A stretch of DNA of 64,000 nucleotides, taken from contig LPNZ01003549.1 in assembly GCA_001655205.1 (NCBI GenBank), positions 1-64,000 of the forward strand. Direction: 5' to 3'. Of this stretch, positions 11,101 to 23,237 are shown piece by piece. This DNA comes from Lenisia limosa. Lineage: Eukaryota; Protista; Breviatea. Made by a program: the position numbers and the translations under genes. Positions within the stretch are counted from its first letter, which is position 1; the number at the start of each line of letters is the position of its first letter. The notes below the pieces were generated by a model. It ran no database searches. It was not told where the DNA came from and saw only the letters and a list, made by a program, of their open reading frames with translations.

Positions 11101-13916
11101 CCACTTGGGGGTCGACTCACAACTACAAATGGTTCCAGAACTCGGTTTCTTCCTTTTTGGTGAAAAAGGGTGATGATCTGACTCTTCGTAGTTTGACAAA
11201 AGGACTCAAAATCAGTGCGTTTCTCCCTGTACCTAACATTCAGGTCAAATTCCATGGTTGAACGGAAGAGGATCTCGCTTTGACAGACGAAGTCAATCTC
11301 AGGAAGTCACAGAGCGATTTGTTTACTTCGTTTTCATAGGAGTAGTGGTTGGTGAACTTGTGAAAGTAACTGCAAAGGTACCAATGATCAGAGGCTACTT
11401 CTATGTAACTGAAAGCACGTCATATGGCAAGAAACTGTTCTATTATCCTCACTCAACATGGAGTCGCATTTTGGCAGCACACTCCCCTGTAAGCACCGAA
11501 GTCTTCCGCTCTGACCATTATAGTCTATGATGAGGCCCCTTGGTGCATCTAGCTTCAATTCCTCTCTCAAAGTCTGTCAAGCAAGGCTTCTTCCAAAGGT
11601 TCTGAGTTGTTCCCCAATTTTTTTTGGTTTCACTATTTGATTTAATAACATATATGTAGGTTGGACCAGGGACTCGTTTAGTGTTTCCAATGAGGGCCGA
11701 CCATCAAACTAGCAGCATTATCAAAAAAGCACTCCTGTAAGCTCTGCAAAAGCTCATCTCTAGGGTGTATCAGCAGAAAAACCCGGTCCGACTTGGTGCT
11801 ACTGTTCTTGGAATCCATCGACTCGCTTCTGTGATCCGAGCCCTGTCCATGGCTGTTGGAAGCAAGCCAGCTTGGAAGGACCGAAAGTCAGGTGATATTT
11901 CAAAAATCAATGAAAATCCGGGTGAGACTGAGGCAATTTGGCCTTTCCATGGAGCACCCCTGCCTAATGGCGATTGGAGTCCTTGCCTGCACGTCACCCT
12001 TGACGGTGTGGCCACTTCCTGCCAAGAGTGCGCTCAGATATGCGGGGTTGTTCCCTCCGAACCAATTCAAAAGTGTCAATTCAGCCCATCTCTCTATACA
12101 ATTGCCTCAACAGATTGTAAGAACAGGTTTCATCCTGACAAACAGCATCACAAGCATACGATCGCCTTCCGCATAAGACGTCTCATGACATTATCACAAC
12201 TGCATTACAATCTGAGTAAGGCTGAAGTGCTTGTGACTTTGAGATTTGGTTCAGAGATTGAAACCTTCCGGTCAACACAAATCTCAGCCTCAGCGGTTCG
12301 CTCAGTGGTTCGTCAAAAACCACGAGTCCAAGTTGCCTCAAAAGGTGTGCAAACTGCTTGTTTCTCACTGTTTAGATGGCAAAGCTTCTACTCTCAACAA
12401 CTTTGAAAGTAGGATAATTTTTGTCTAATTTTCAGATATTGTCATTCCGTACACTGGAATGTCAGTTCCAAGAGCGGACGTTTTGAGCGTCGGCCTGCAA
12501 ACTGTGAGCCAGCATGTGGTCAAGGTGCGTCAGCTGGTCTTGTGACACCATTTAGCTCAATAACAAGAAGTACATCCCAGTTGTTGGAATCCCACAGGGC
12601 TTCATGGCTTCCTCAGTTATCTTGTCACTTGCATATTCAAGACTCGACGTTCGGCTGCTAAACGCTGTCAAGAAGAGACTGTCGGACCAAAATGTAGGGA
12701 GCTTCTTAGGCTCACATCCAGGCACCACACCTCGAACTGGAACACCTCCCTGCAGCACTCAGCACTTTGGGCCAAATGTCAAAGTCTCAGAGGCGACATC
12801 TAATTAAAACGCCGCGAGTGTTGCCGTCTGGCGGGGTACTTTGGAATTCCGAAAGTGGTATCATGGCGGTGGCTAGAGTTGTTGACGACTTCCTTGTCAT
12901 CTCCAATCGGGTCAAGCCTGTTGTTACCTACCTCCAAGAGTTTAGTAAAGGTAAGGTAATTACTGCTTAAGGTTTAGATGATATGGAGTCCGGGTGTACA
13001 GCAAACCACAGTAAAACAAGGACCTCTCTGGACAGCCCAGTAAGGTGGTATCACACTGACATTGGAGGATGACACGATTGCCTGGGTTCCTTGGTGCTCA
13101 CTCCTTCTTGGAACATCTCTTGAAGTCCGCAATGACTTGTCGCGATTCACTGGGGATGCGCTGCTAAACTCTGTTACCGACATGAATGTCTCCCTTGCTA
13201 TGAACTTGTTAGGCGTGTTTTTGGCGTTATCCCACAGGCAACGGATTGTGTCTTACTCGTCTGTTCGGCTTTCGGAGTGTTTGCTGGACCCCAACATAAA
13301 CTCTCCCCTCACCATTGCAGTGAATGTGTTTCAGGTGGGATCTAGGTGATCTTTTGACCTCAACAGTCGGTGTCTGTGGGGTGGCTCAAAGGAAGCTTCT
13401 TGAAACAAGTTCTTAGCTACTCTCAAGACTCCCTACAAAGTACTGAGTAGCCTTGGTTGATGTTTTAGTTCTCCTTTCACAGTCCCTCACTTTGATAACA
13501 AGGCACATTTTTGAGACCTCTTCACCACCCTTTTCCAAGGACCAGATCAAATGGTGGGATAATGTTGTTTTTCTTATACTTAGGTTGGCCTTAAGGGGCA
13601 TGAGCTTTGCATTATCCAAAAGCACGGCCCTTAGACACATTATCCCGTACCTTTTCCTTCTCAATAGTTGTGGACTATCTCTGACGACAGAAGTAGGAGC
13701 TCGGATCCCTTATCATATAGCCACCTTAGGACCTTATCATATAGCCATCTTAGGACCTTGTCATAACCAGACCTTATCATATAGCCATCTTGGGAGGATC
13801 TGTTTCTCAAAGACGGGACTGCAGCACTTTGTGAAATGCCTGCCACCCAACGCCTCCTTCTGTTCTCCGTCTCCTCTAGGTTCTGTCACGAACTCGTTCA
13901 AATCTCCACATTGTAA
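8172..13916 (+). CDS. TERT: Telomerase reverse transcriptase, full length (TEN-linker-TRBD-RT-CTE), more than 20 short introns
   Basis: TEN GQ region W..VYPRLG..LV..LL..FGIFV..NGGYQQICG (8920-9190). CP/QFP: QHTPASVVF...LLFPP, TWGSTHNYKWF. T motif IRGYFYVTESTSYGKKLFYYPHSTWSRI (11378-11470). Motif 1/2 ARLLPK/GTRLV. Motif A ASTDSSQAYDRLPH across a 29-nt intron (12117-12145). B' GIPQG (~12586). Motif C ARVVDDFLVIS (DD at 12884-12889). E WVPWCSLLL. CTE LLDPNINS. Last exon boundary approximate (13916-13926). Confidence 0.96.
8379..8454. repeat. Tandem repeat 3 x 25 bp in TERT intron 1
   Basis: aaataagactcacttcgataatgtc x3. Confidence 0.9.
13706..13793. repeat. Degenerate tandem repeat, ~24 bp unit, in the last TERT intron
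   Basis: gaccttatcatatagccatcttag repeated 3-4 times. Confidence 0.85.
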
Positions 13917-13983
13917 ATTGTGTTAGATACATTGGACGTAAGATTTTTAATTAAATAATATTGGAAAAAAAGAAGAAACCATT

Positions 13984-16900
13984 TTAGCGCTTGATATTAG
14001 GTAGAGACCTTGGCGTGAGGGACTGCGGGTAGTAGTACTGAGTTCGCGAGTTCGTTGGTATTGAACCTTGTAGTGCCAGGCCATGGACGTGTCTATTCAT
14101 GAGTACTTCAGTGTTGCTTACCGGTTGGTACTTCTGGGCGCGGTGAAAGGGTCCTTTTGTGCAAGGCTTGACTGTTTTCTTTTGGGAGTAGGTTCGGACA
14201 CTCGTGTTACCGGAATAGCAGCCTGACAATTACTCAAAGAATCAGAAAATACAACCCACAATCGGCTTCTTATGCAGAGATCTGATGGCGAAGAGTGGGG
14301 CTGGCNNNNNNNNNNNNNNNNNNNNNNNNNNNNNNNNNNNNNNNNNNNNNNNNNNNNNNNNNNNNNNNNNNNNTCCGTTCGTTTGGGGCTGGATTGACGC
14401 CCGCCTGGAGCAGTATGGCTGCCAAACTTCTCCCGTCACGGACCGCTGTGAAGGCCGCGACAGAGAGTCGCGGATGGAGGAACACAGTGGCAATGACTAG
14501 ACACATGAGATCATGAGGCGGCCTACCCGAAGGCGCATATCGAGGCGTGCGCGCAATAGCTCTACACACTACACCTGGCCTAGAAGATGACGTCATGTGC
14601 ACCGCCTTACTTAATATTGTTTGCACGGCACTGGTGAACAAGAGCAACCCCAGAAATATGGATCAACAAATCAGACCTATAGAATGAAAGCCGGACAAAA
14701 GACTCACGCTTGTATGGCGGCGTGGGCCAACTGTCTTCTGAACCACTGCATAGTTTCGTCCGTAATGGCTTGGCTCTTCTTGACTGGAGGCAGGCCTGAT
14801 TCGACAGCAAGACTCAGACGAACGACTGACAGGCCAGAGGGCCCCGAAATCTACTATAGTTAGGGCTTTGGTTGGGCCTACTCTTGGGAATCCCCTGTCG
14901 GTTGCTGGAACTTTGCCTTGACGAATGGCCTGACGCTTTTCTTCCATTGCGTCAGCCCTTTTCATGCATGACGGCTTCATTTCCTCCACCTCTAGGTCCT
15001 TTTCGTCCGAAGATGGGATGACGAGCGGAGTGAAAATGTCTGAAAACGATTCAACCTTGACAGGTGCATCCACTGATAAACCAGCGAGCTCGCCTAGCAC
15101 GTCAGCAACTTGGTTTTTCCTACTGAGGTCTGGGGAATGTGAGGGAGATACTGGAGGTGCGGAAGTATTCGGCGGAAGCTGTGGAGTGGATTTTATGAAA
15201 GTATCTGGAATATAGGGGACTACATTCGGAGAATCTAAATGGTGACATTAGACCCCACAGACAAATTACCCACCAAAAACAGGCCTTTTTGTTTTGGATG
15301 GTGATGAAGGCTCGACCATGAGAGAAGCGCCCTCTTGGCTCGGAGGCTGGGGGTTGGGCTGGCGGGGTGTTGTGATTTCAGGAAGGTTGGTGTGGATAGT
15401 TTGAGGGAGGGTAACTGGAGTGACATCATCTTGCGTGGAAGAATTGGTAGGATAGAGTGAGGCAGTGTGTTTGGCTATCAACTCCGCTTCGGTAACCTAG
15501 AATGTCAAAAGCAAATGGGTCTCACCGCGCGCGGCGTCCAGATCGTGAAGGACAGCACCAGAAGACGTGTTCGAGTTGCGGCGAGTAGCCCAACAGTCAC
15601 GCCACCGGGCATGCTTGAACTGCTCTCTCGCTCCTTATCGCCAGGTAAGGGGAACAAGTGAAGTGATTGCACGGGTTCAGGAACATTGACTTGGTCTGGA
15701 ACATGAGGCTGCCCAAATGTGTGAGAACTTACAGACAAGGTCGCTACTTATGACGTCCCATACCCTGATAGTGGAATCCTCCCCGGCTGTGGCTAAAACA
15801 GCCTAAAGGTCAGACATTGAAATGGCGTAACTTAACATCGTCTACCCTACAAACATCAGCGTTGTTATTAGCCGTAAGAAACGCTACGGCGTTGACTGGT
15901 CCGTCATGTTGCAAAGTGGCAATGAGGTGCGGTGTCTTTTTTAAAGCGTCCACGGGGCTCTCAGTATTTTGTACAATTTGAGATCGTATTGTGTCAGGAA
16001 GAGACATCAATGTTGCTGCGTCCCTTAGAAGCGTAAAACTGTCAATCCATAAGTACCAAACCATATTTTAGCAGATCCATCTTCACTAGCTGTAGCCACA
16101 TAATGCGAAGTCAGAATACTGATCCCAGTGACGGCACCATTATGAGAGAACTCTTTTGTTGCCCTAAACAGTAACATACAATTAGCCTTACAGAAAGCTG
16201 TCAGATAGCGAACTGAACACTTCAAATCTGATCAGTCAGAGAGAGGAAATGAACCAATCATATTCAGTAGAAAACCCAACAATGTAATATATTGCAGTCA
16301 CAATGTTGGTGATCAGACCACCAACCTGAAAGGGTTGACGAAAGAGACTTTTCCATTTGATAAACCGCCAACCAAGAGCCAGTGTGAAACCAAAGGAAGA
16401 GGAGGCTACAGAATAACTAGCCAAAGCAACTCACCATTTGGGGCTTTTTCTTTGGACCATTAATGGCTAAATCTGTCAGATCATAAGCCCCAATGTTTGA
16501 ACCAACCTTTACGAGGACTATAGGTTTGTTTGGCAGAAAAAATATCAGATTTGGTGGATACTAAATGTTTATTGTGACGCAAATGAGTACAGTAACCATG
16601 GCAGATATGGTAAATATAAAACAATTAGGGCTTCACTCCGGTACGAAAAAGATCAGGAAGCTATCGAAATATATCGAGAATTTATCGAAAAATTCAGTCA
16701 TTTTCTGGATCGGAGTGAAGCCCTCTAACAACAATGTAAGTATTCAAGAAAAATAATCACAAAATAGTAGCCCACTTGAAGCAAATGTGGGAGATCCAAC
16801 TACTGAAGCCGAGAAATCTGGAGGGTTAAGTATGTACGATTTTGTGGAGGGATGAAGTGGCACAGCATACTGGAGTAGTTGGTGGATGCAAGTGATCGAA

Positions 16901-17964
16901 CCGCTGAAGACAATGTCACAACATGGGGTGAGGCTAAGCAAGCCATTTTGACATTCCAAAGCATGGTCAGTCCATCAGCGGAACCAGTACTTAGATACTT
17001 ACAGTCGGGACTGAAGGTCATTGAAAAGATCGGCGACTGGTGCTTTCTCAATATTCTAAGCATGTCATATTTCTTTCTTGGCTTTTTGCATCACAAAACG
17101 CCAACAGACCCATGACAAGTTCTCTCAGTCAGGTTCCACAAGAGGACTCGACCACTTGCATCGCCACTTGCTAAAAACTGCGCATTGCTGCTGATGGCAA
17201 GACAAGTAATCCCAGCCTTATGCAGACGTGATGTAGACCTTCCCAACTACGTGTCACTAAAACAACCAATCGCCTTACCTGTCCAACGTATTCCAACCCA
17301 TCGGCAGCGGAACGCCACAGAAACACCACCATACCATTACCCGCTGCAACCACTCTAAATAATGTCAAATGCAATGCCTCCTTTGCCAATAAACCCAACT
17401 CCGCCTACCCCAAGGCCGAGCACGTATGGAAGAGGTTGACATCCACTTCGATGCTCTTATACAGTTTTCCAACAACAAGGTGCCTTCGTGGTGCACGCGA
17501 CACGTCACCCATCTAACAAGTCAGAATAAGAGCCCGCCCACCGTTCACCGTACCCAACCTATACCTCAAGAAAGACACAGAAAGGCGTGGGAAATGGCTG
17601 TAATTTACATTATATCGTTATATCTGCGTTATTTATAATACAGCAGTGTGGACTGAACAATGTCAAATAGGGGCACACCGGGAGAAGGTGAGATGTTGTT
17701 GTTGAGATGGGGGATTGGGTTGAGATCCGGTTGAGAGAGACTGCAGAGAGATGTTGAAGGTTAAAGGTGCTGTTTTAAATGAAGAGGAGCACTGGAAGAG
17801 TGGGAAGGAGGCCCGGAGGGAGGGCGTATTGGCTCGACCGCGGCTGGTCCGAAGATTCTGGCCCCAAATGAAGTAATCTATCTGTGGCTGGTCTCACACC
17901 TGGTCCGAAGATTCAAATGAAGTAATCTATCTGTGGCTGGTCTCACACCCTCAGTCCGTTCCAT
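13984..17964 (-). CDS. WD40-repeat protein with S/P-rich C-terminal region (could be two genes)
   Basis: WD units LRKHQSPIFSMTFSPDCKYLSTGSADGLTMLWNV, HNGAVTGISILTSHYVATASEDGSAKIW, LQHDGPVNAVAF; stop at 13984 converging on the TERT 3' end; start uncertain (17512-17964). Confidence 0.75.
17851..17949. repeat. 49-bp tandem duplication bounded by GT...AG on the minus strand
   Basis: caaatgaagtaatctatctgtggctggtctcacacc twice; ctggtccgaagattc twice. Confidence 0.9.
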
Positions 17965-18340
17965 TATTATCCGTACTCCCTCCATTATTATGAAAACACT
18001 CCAAAAAACAGTGACTTGCAGCAAATTCATGTGCAATCACAGAGACAATGCAGCAACAACCGATATCAATACATAAATAAAACCTCAATACAATTCTTGT
18101 AACAACAAAGAACCTTGTCTTAATTTACAACCTTTGGCCTCTGACAAGCCTCATGGCCCATGAAACCTACAACATAAAACCTGACCAGAGCGTTCCTCCT
18201 ACCTATCCCTGGGCTCGCCAAGACTGCAGCCTTGACCCTCTTTGCGTTGACTTGTCACTTGGCATCGGGAACGCGTCATTGAGATTCGAGAGAGACTCTT
18301 GAGGCCTGGACGATTACAGCTGTAGAAATGGTGCTTGTGG

Positions 18341-21065
18341 CTATTGTGACAGAGTTTGAAGAAGATTGAAGCCCGATGCATACTGGGAACTATTCCTGAT
18401 GTGAGAGTTCGACTGGTGAGATAGGTGTTGGTTCGTACTCTGAGCATAAGGCATCCACGGCTGCGGCTGCATATGGGGCTGAAGCTTGAGTGGAAAACAA
18501 AAAAACAAACAACAAATATAGAGAAGCATTTAATGAAATGAAGGTGTGCTACCAACCTCATAGCTTGGATAGGCCATCGGTACAACCTGGTAACCCATTG
18601 GAGGATATTGAACGTTCATATGAGGGTTGTAGTACATTGGGTTACCCTGTGACACGTTCTGTGAATGTTGCTACGAAGATGAGGGGAATAAAGAGAAACT
18701 AACCAGTCGCCTATCATAGAAGCTCTGGACCTCAGGCCTCATATTATTCTGCTTGGTGAACGGGGCAATTAAGAAACATATTTTGGTAAGAAAACAAATA
18801 AAAACGAAGCTCACCTTGACATGCTGATGAGACTGGTGATGCATCTGTTCTGGCTGCGGGGGCACGGAGTGCACAGTTTGCTGGGGGATAAAAGGCAAAT
18901 CGTACCTTACTGGTCTGAAATGGGACTTATTCGGAGGGGGTGAGACAGGGGATGGAATATGGTCGGATGCTGGAATATAGGCCTCATCTGGGGGGATCAA
19001 TAAACAAGGAAGGTCTTACCATGATGAGCAGAGAACAAGGCAGTCTGCTCTTTAGGGAAGAGGCTGTCGCGCTCCTTCGGGAAGAAGGGAGCAGAGCTGG
19101 CGCTGAAGAGCTCTGACGAAGCCTTGTCATAGGCCGTGGTGGTCTTCTTATCCTCAAATACCGGCTTGGAGGGGGGCTGGATGACAGCGGTGTACACCGA
19201 GGCTGTCGGGGTCGGAAGCGGTGATGGCGTGGCTTCCGGTGTCTCCTGTGAGTTTTCAATTAGGGGCTCATGTCTATATTATACAGGAGCAAAAATAATG
19301 CAACGCCCAAAGACCTGTGTTGAGTCATCAAACGCTTCAGTTGGGTCCACAGAAAGGGACACTTCATCGTCGTCATTGAGACCCAAGTCAGCCACAAGTG
19401 CAGCTACCTCCTGATCATCGTTGATGGACGTTTCCAATAAACTGCCTCCTAAAATGTTAGAACATTAGGATAACAGACCGTGAGCTATTCTGTCGAGATG
19501 GGCCTGCTCCTCCGCTGCCTCCTTCTCGTCATTGACTCTTTGCTCCTCTTCTTTACAGCGCTCGGCCTCAGCCTCTTTGTTAGCCTTCCTCAACTGCCTC
19601 TCTTCTTCTTCCTGGATTCGCGCCTCTTCCTCCAATTTCGCCAACTCTGCTTCCCGTGCAAAACGGTCCGCAATATTCTTATCGTTTTGCTCCAGTTCCT
19701 TTCGCTTTTGCTCCCGTTCATCATTTTCTTGCCGGAGCTAGACTGTGAAAATAGCCTGATTAAAAAGTTAAGCAAAATGAGCATATCAGCGTATCAACAG
19801 AATGCCACACATGTCATGCATATGGATGCAAATGGTGACATGAGGTCATCTAAGGCTAACTGGTAGAATAAAGACAGTAGTCTAATATCTATTTTCATCA
19901 CCCCTTTTTCTTCATATCCTCAAGGAGGGTAATTGACCCCTCACCATTGCCAAACGAACAACATTTTTCTGTTGTTGAACTAATTTTTGTGTTGATAATT
20001 CACGCTTTCTTTGACGCTCCTGTGGAGTATAGTAAGACGAAGGGGGGCGGGGTGGGGGGGGCTTACCAAATCTTCAGAAGATTGTGTGGTCTCTTCTGGG
20101 TCAGCAACCACAGTGGATGCGATAACCTGAGAAGTGACTTGACAAAAACTTAGCCCTACTGGTTTGGCTGGTGACAAGGCTGTCTTTTTTGAAGTGGATG
20201 GGTTGAGGAAAGAGAATTTTTCGCTTTGCGGTTTGATGGCAGCTGGCTTGTCGCTCTTGGCCATGCTAAGTCTGAAAAGGTCACCAACATTACCAGCTAA
20301 ACGAACCTGAGAGTTTCACCAAGGCTTAATGAGGGAGTTGTTGCAGGGAGGTTTGGCTTTGGGGCGGGATATGAAGGTACAGTGGACGATGTTGATGTGG
20401 CAGGTTTGGGCTTAGTAAGGACGGTCATTGTTGTGGGCTTTGCTTTAGTAAGAGGCTTTTTTTCAGATGAACTAGTTTTCCAATTGGAGGACCCTCGGCT
20501 ATGACTCTTATAAGCTCCAGTCGAGGTCAAGGGTTTCGCATCGTCGCCAGACTTCAACAAACTACTTAATGACCTTCCTTTGTTTCCCAAAGAAGGGAAA
20601 CTTGCTTCTGAATTCAGTATAGACGGCTGGAACAATTAAAAACAAACTTTTAAGAAAACAAAGCTTCTTTCTCACCCATACCTTCATATTCTTGCTGACA
20701 TTTGAGCCTAAGATGTTAGGATTGAATAACAAGGACCCAAAAGAATTGGTGAACGTTCCAGATATCACACTTCTCACCTCCCAGCTTGAAAGATTCAGTA
20801 TTACGTCTTTTATCAGATCCAAAGGGGTCTTGGGAGTCACTAGGCTTGGAAGAGAAAAGGTTGATTCGCTCTCTTCTTGAAGGATTTTGACGGAAAATAT
20901 CATCATCTTCACCATTCTCACGGTACCACTCTTCCTTAGCTTGGTCCATATTGTCATTATCTAAGAGATTTCATTTAGTGAAACAAAAAAAATTCTAAAA
21001 ACTAATCACCCTCACTTACTATGGTTTCTTTCAATTTGTCCCCATCTCCTGACATCGCCAGACAT
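18341..21065 (-). CDS. Low-complexity/coiled-coil protein with a PAM2-like motif and a Q/P-rich tail
   Basis: ATG 21065, exon 1 MSWRCQEMGQIERNH|GTAAGT joined in phase to NNDNMDQAKEEW. E/K/R-rich coiled coil 19490-19740; SEASFPSLG; ELFSASSAPFFPK (PAM2-like); QPHMQPQPWMPY. Confidence 0.65.
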
Positions 21066-21598
21066 TTTGAACCGTAAAAGGGTCTGTTACTAAGACTTTA
21101 AGTTGACTATTGCTTTTGATTTAGCTGCTAAACTGTGAATCTTTGAATTATAACTTTACACAACCAACTCAACAACTCAAACTGCTCAACAACTGCCAAA
21201 TAACTGCTCAAACATGGCTCAAACAAAAATTGTGTTAAGAGAGATCTTCACGATCACATCGAAAGTTGCCCGTGGTGGCCACGCCTCCNNNNNNNNNNNN
21301 NNNNNNNNNNNNNNNNNNNNNNNNNNNNNNNNNNNNNNNNNNNNNNNNNNNNNNNNNNNNNNNNNNNNNNNNNNNNNNNNNNNNNNNNNNNNNNNNNNAA
21401 GGTAAAATAATAAAACAACCTTGAAGCTCAACCAGCACCACACTAGCCGGTACATACATAAATTGCGGGCAAACAAACACTTGTATCCACCTTGTATCCC
21501 TCTCTTCCGATCCAAGTATGCCAACACCTTCGCCTACATTAGCCGGCAAACAGGCAAAACAACTTTTTAGTATGTTTAAAAGTACCATTTTTATTTGA

Positions 21599-23187
21599 AT
21601 GAGACTGGATGTGCAGTGGTATTCAATTTTAATATTGTTTCGTTTGCTCTAGTCACACCTCAGAGCAGGCAGCCGCCGCCATCAGCCGAGCAGAGGCACT
21701 CCTTATCACAACTGGAGCTGGAATGGGAGTTGATTCAGGACTGGTTTGTTAAACACATTTGATTAATGTTCTAGCCAGACTTTCGAGGCAAGGAAGGATT
21801 TTGGAATGCTTATCCTCCCATCAAAGAGGTGGGTGCTTGTCTCTCTTTTTAGTTATTTTGGATGTAAAGTCAATCATTTGTTAATTTCAGAGAGTTAATG
21901 ATCGCTAGGGATCCCAATATAGAGTAGCGATGGTTAATTTTTAAGAATAGAAACAAAAGTAAACATATTTCAGGCTCAATGACCCTCCCCGCCCATCATT
22001 TAGCTGGCAAATCATTTGTTTTAGAAGGGCTTATCTTTTCCTGAAGTGTCAACACCACATTGGTTCAAAGATGACCCAGAATTTGCATGGGTACGTCTAG
22101 TTATCCTCTCATCTGGCCCAGGGTTTCTTTGGTCACCGAATGAATCTCTACAACAAAACCACTCCACACAAAGTAGGCCGGGGGTGTAAACCCAAAATGG
22201 GTGTTATTTTGGTTGACTTATTCAAGGGACACGATATCATTTTGAAATGGGCTAAGGAAAAGGAGAGTAAAAGAGGTTGGTTTGATAGCATTGGATGTCT
22301 CTGATGAATCTAATAGGATGCTTTTTCTTTACTTCTAATGTGGACGGGCAGCTTATCAAAGCGGGTGTTAATGAACAGAAAATTGTGGAGTGTCATGGTA
22401 AGTAAAATATTTAAACCATTATATGATAGGATCTTTGAGAAATCTTCAATGTTGTAATGATTGCAAATCAAAGCTGTGGTCTTCAGAAGATATCAAAGTA
22501 TGTCATTCTTGTCTTTGTTACATTGGAGGTTGAGGTGGATGAGAACTTCAAGGCAGTAGGAAAGTTACCTGAATGCCCCTCTTGTCACGATCTGGCAAGG
22601 CCAAACGTACTCATGTTTGGTGACTATAAATGGAATGGAGAAGTGGGATGGGCACACTGGAGGAAAATGCATTTGCCCGCCTTTTACGTCAGAACTTATT
22701 TTTACCACTATTATACTTTTTTACCATAGTACTGTATTGTATTTAAAAACAATTAGAATCATTAGTTCGTAATATGATGACGATAATATGTATGTAAAAT
22801 GCTTGAACAATGATGTAATGCCGCATTTGGCCAGAGTTTACCCATTAGGAAACTATGCAACAAGAAACCCGATACAAACGTTGGTTTTCAGCCCTTGGAC
22901 ATGAGATCAAACTCGCAGTCATTGAGATTGGAGCTGGTAACGGTAGGAAATCAACTCTTCTTGTGTGACCTTTGAGCTGTACCAACTGTGCGAGCGCAAT
23001 CAGAAATTGTGTGTTCCGCGGTGGAGCGAATGGGTGGAGATGCAACCCTGATCCGAATTAATATCCATGACTCCGAAAGTAAGTCGGTTAGTCTTTTGAT
23101 GCTTCAGTTCCTGAAAGTGCGAGTTACTCTAAAATCAGCCTTGGTATGAGTGGTCTTGAAGCGCTAGAAGCCATCGCCAAATACTAA
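21599..23187 (+). CDS. Sir2-family NAD-dependent deacylase of the bacterial-type GAGMGVDSGLPDFRG subfamily
   Basis: LLITTGAGMGVDSGL|PDFRGKEGFWNAYPP, TSNVDGQ, ECHG|SLRNLQCCNDC, CPSCHDLARPNVLMFGD, AVIEIGAG..VPTVR, LIRIN; TAA 23185-23187. Confidence 0.93.
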
Positions 23188-23237
23188 ATACTGGTTATTT
23201 CATAAATACATTAAGAAAACAAAAAATTAGACCATAT

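Noticed and set aside
9200-13350. Retrotransposon pol relic (RT motifs scattered over short ORFs)
   Set aside because: TEN, CP/QFP, T and CTE motifs plus in-phase GT-AG introns identify it as intact TERT; there is no gag, integrase, endonuclease or LTR
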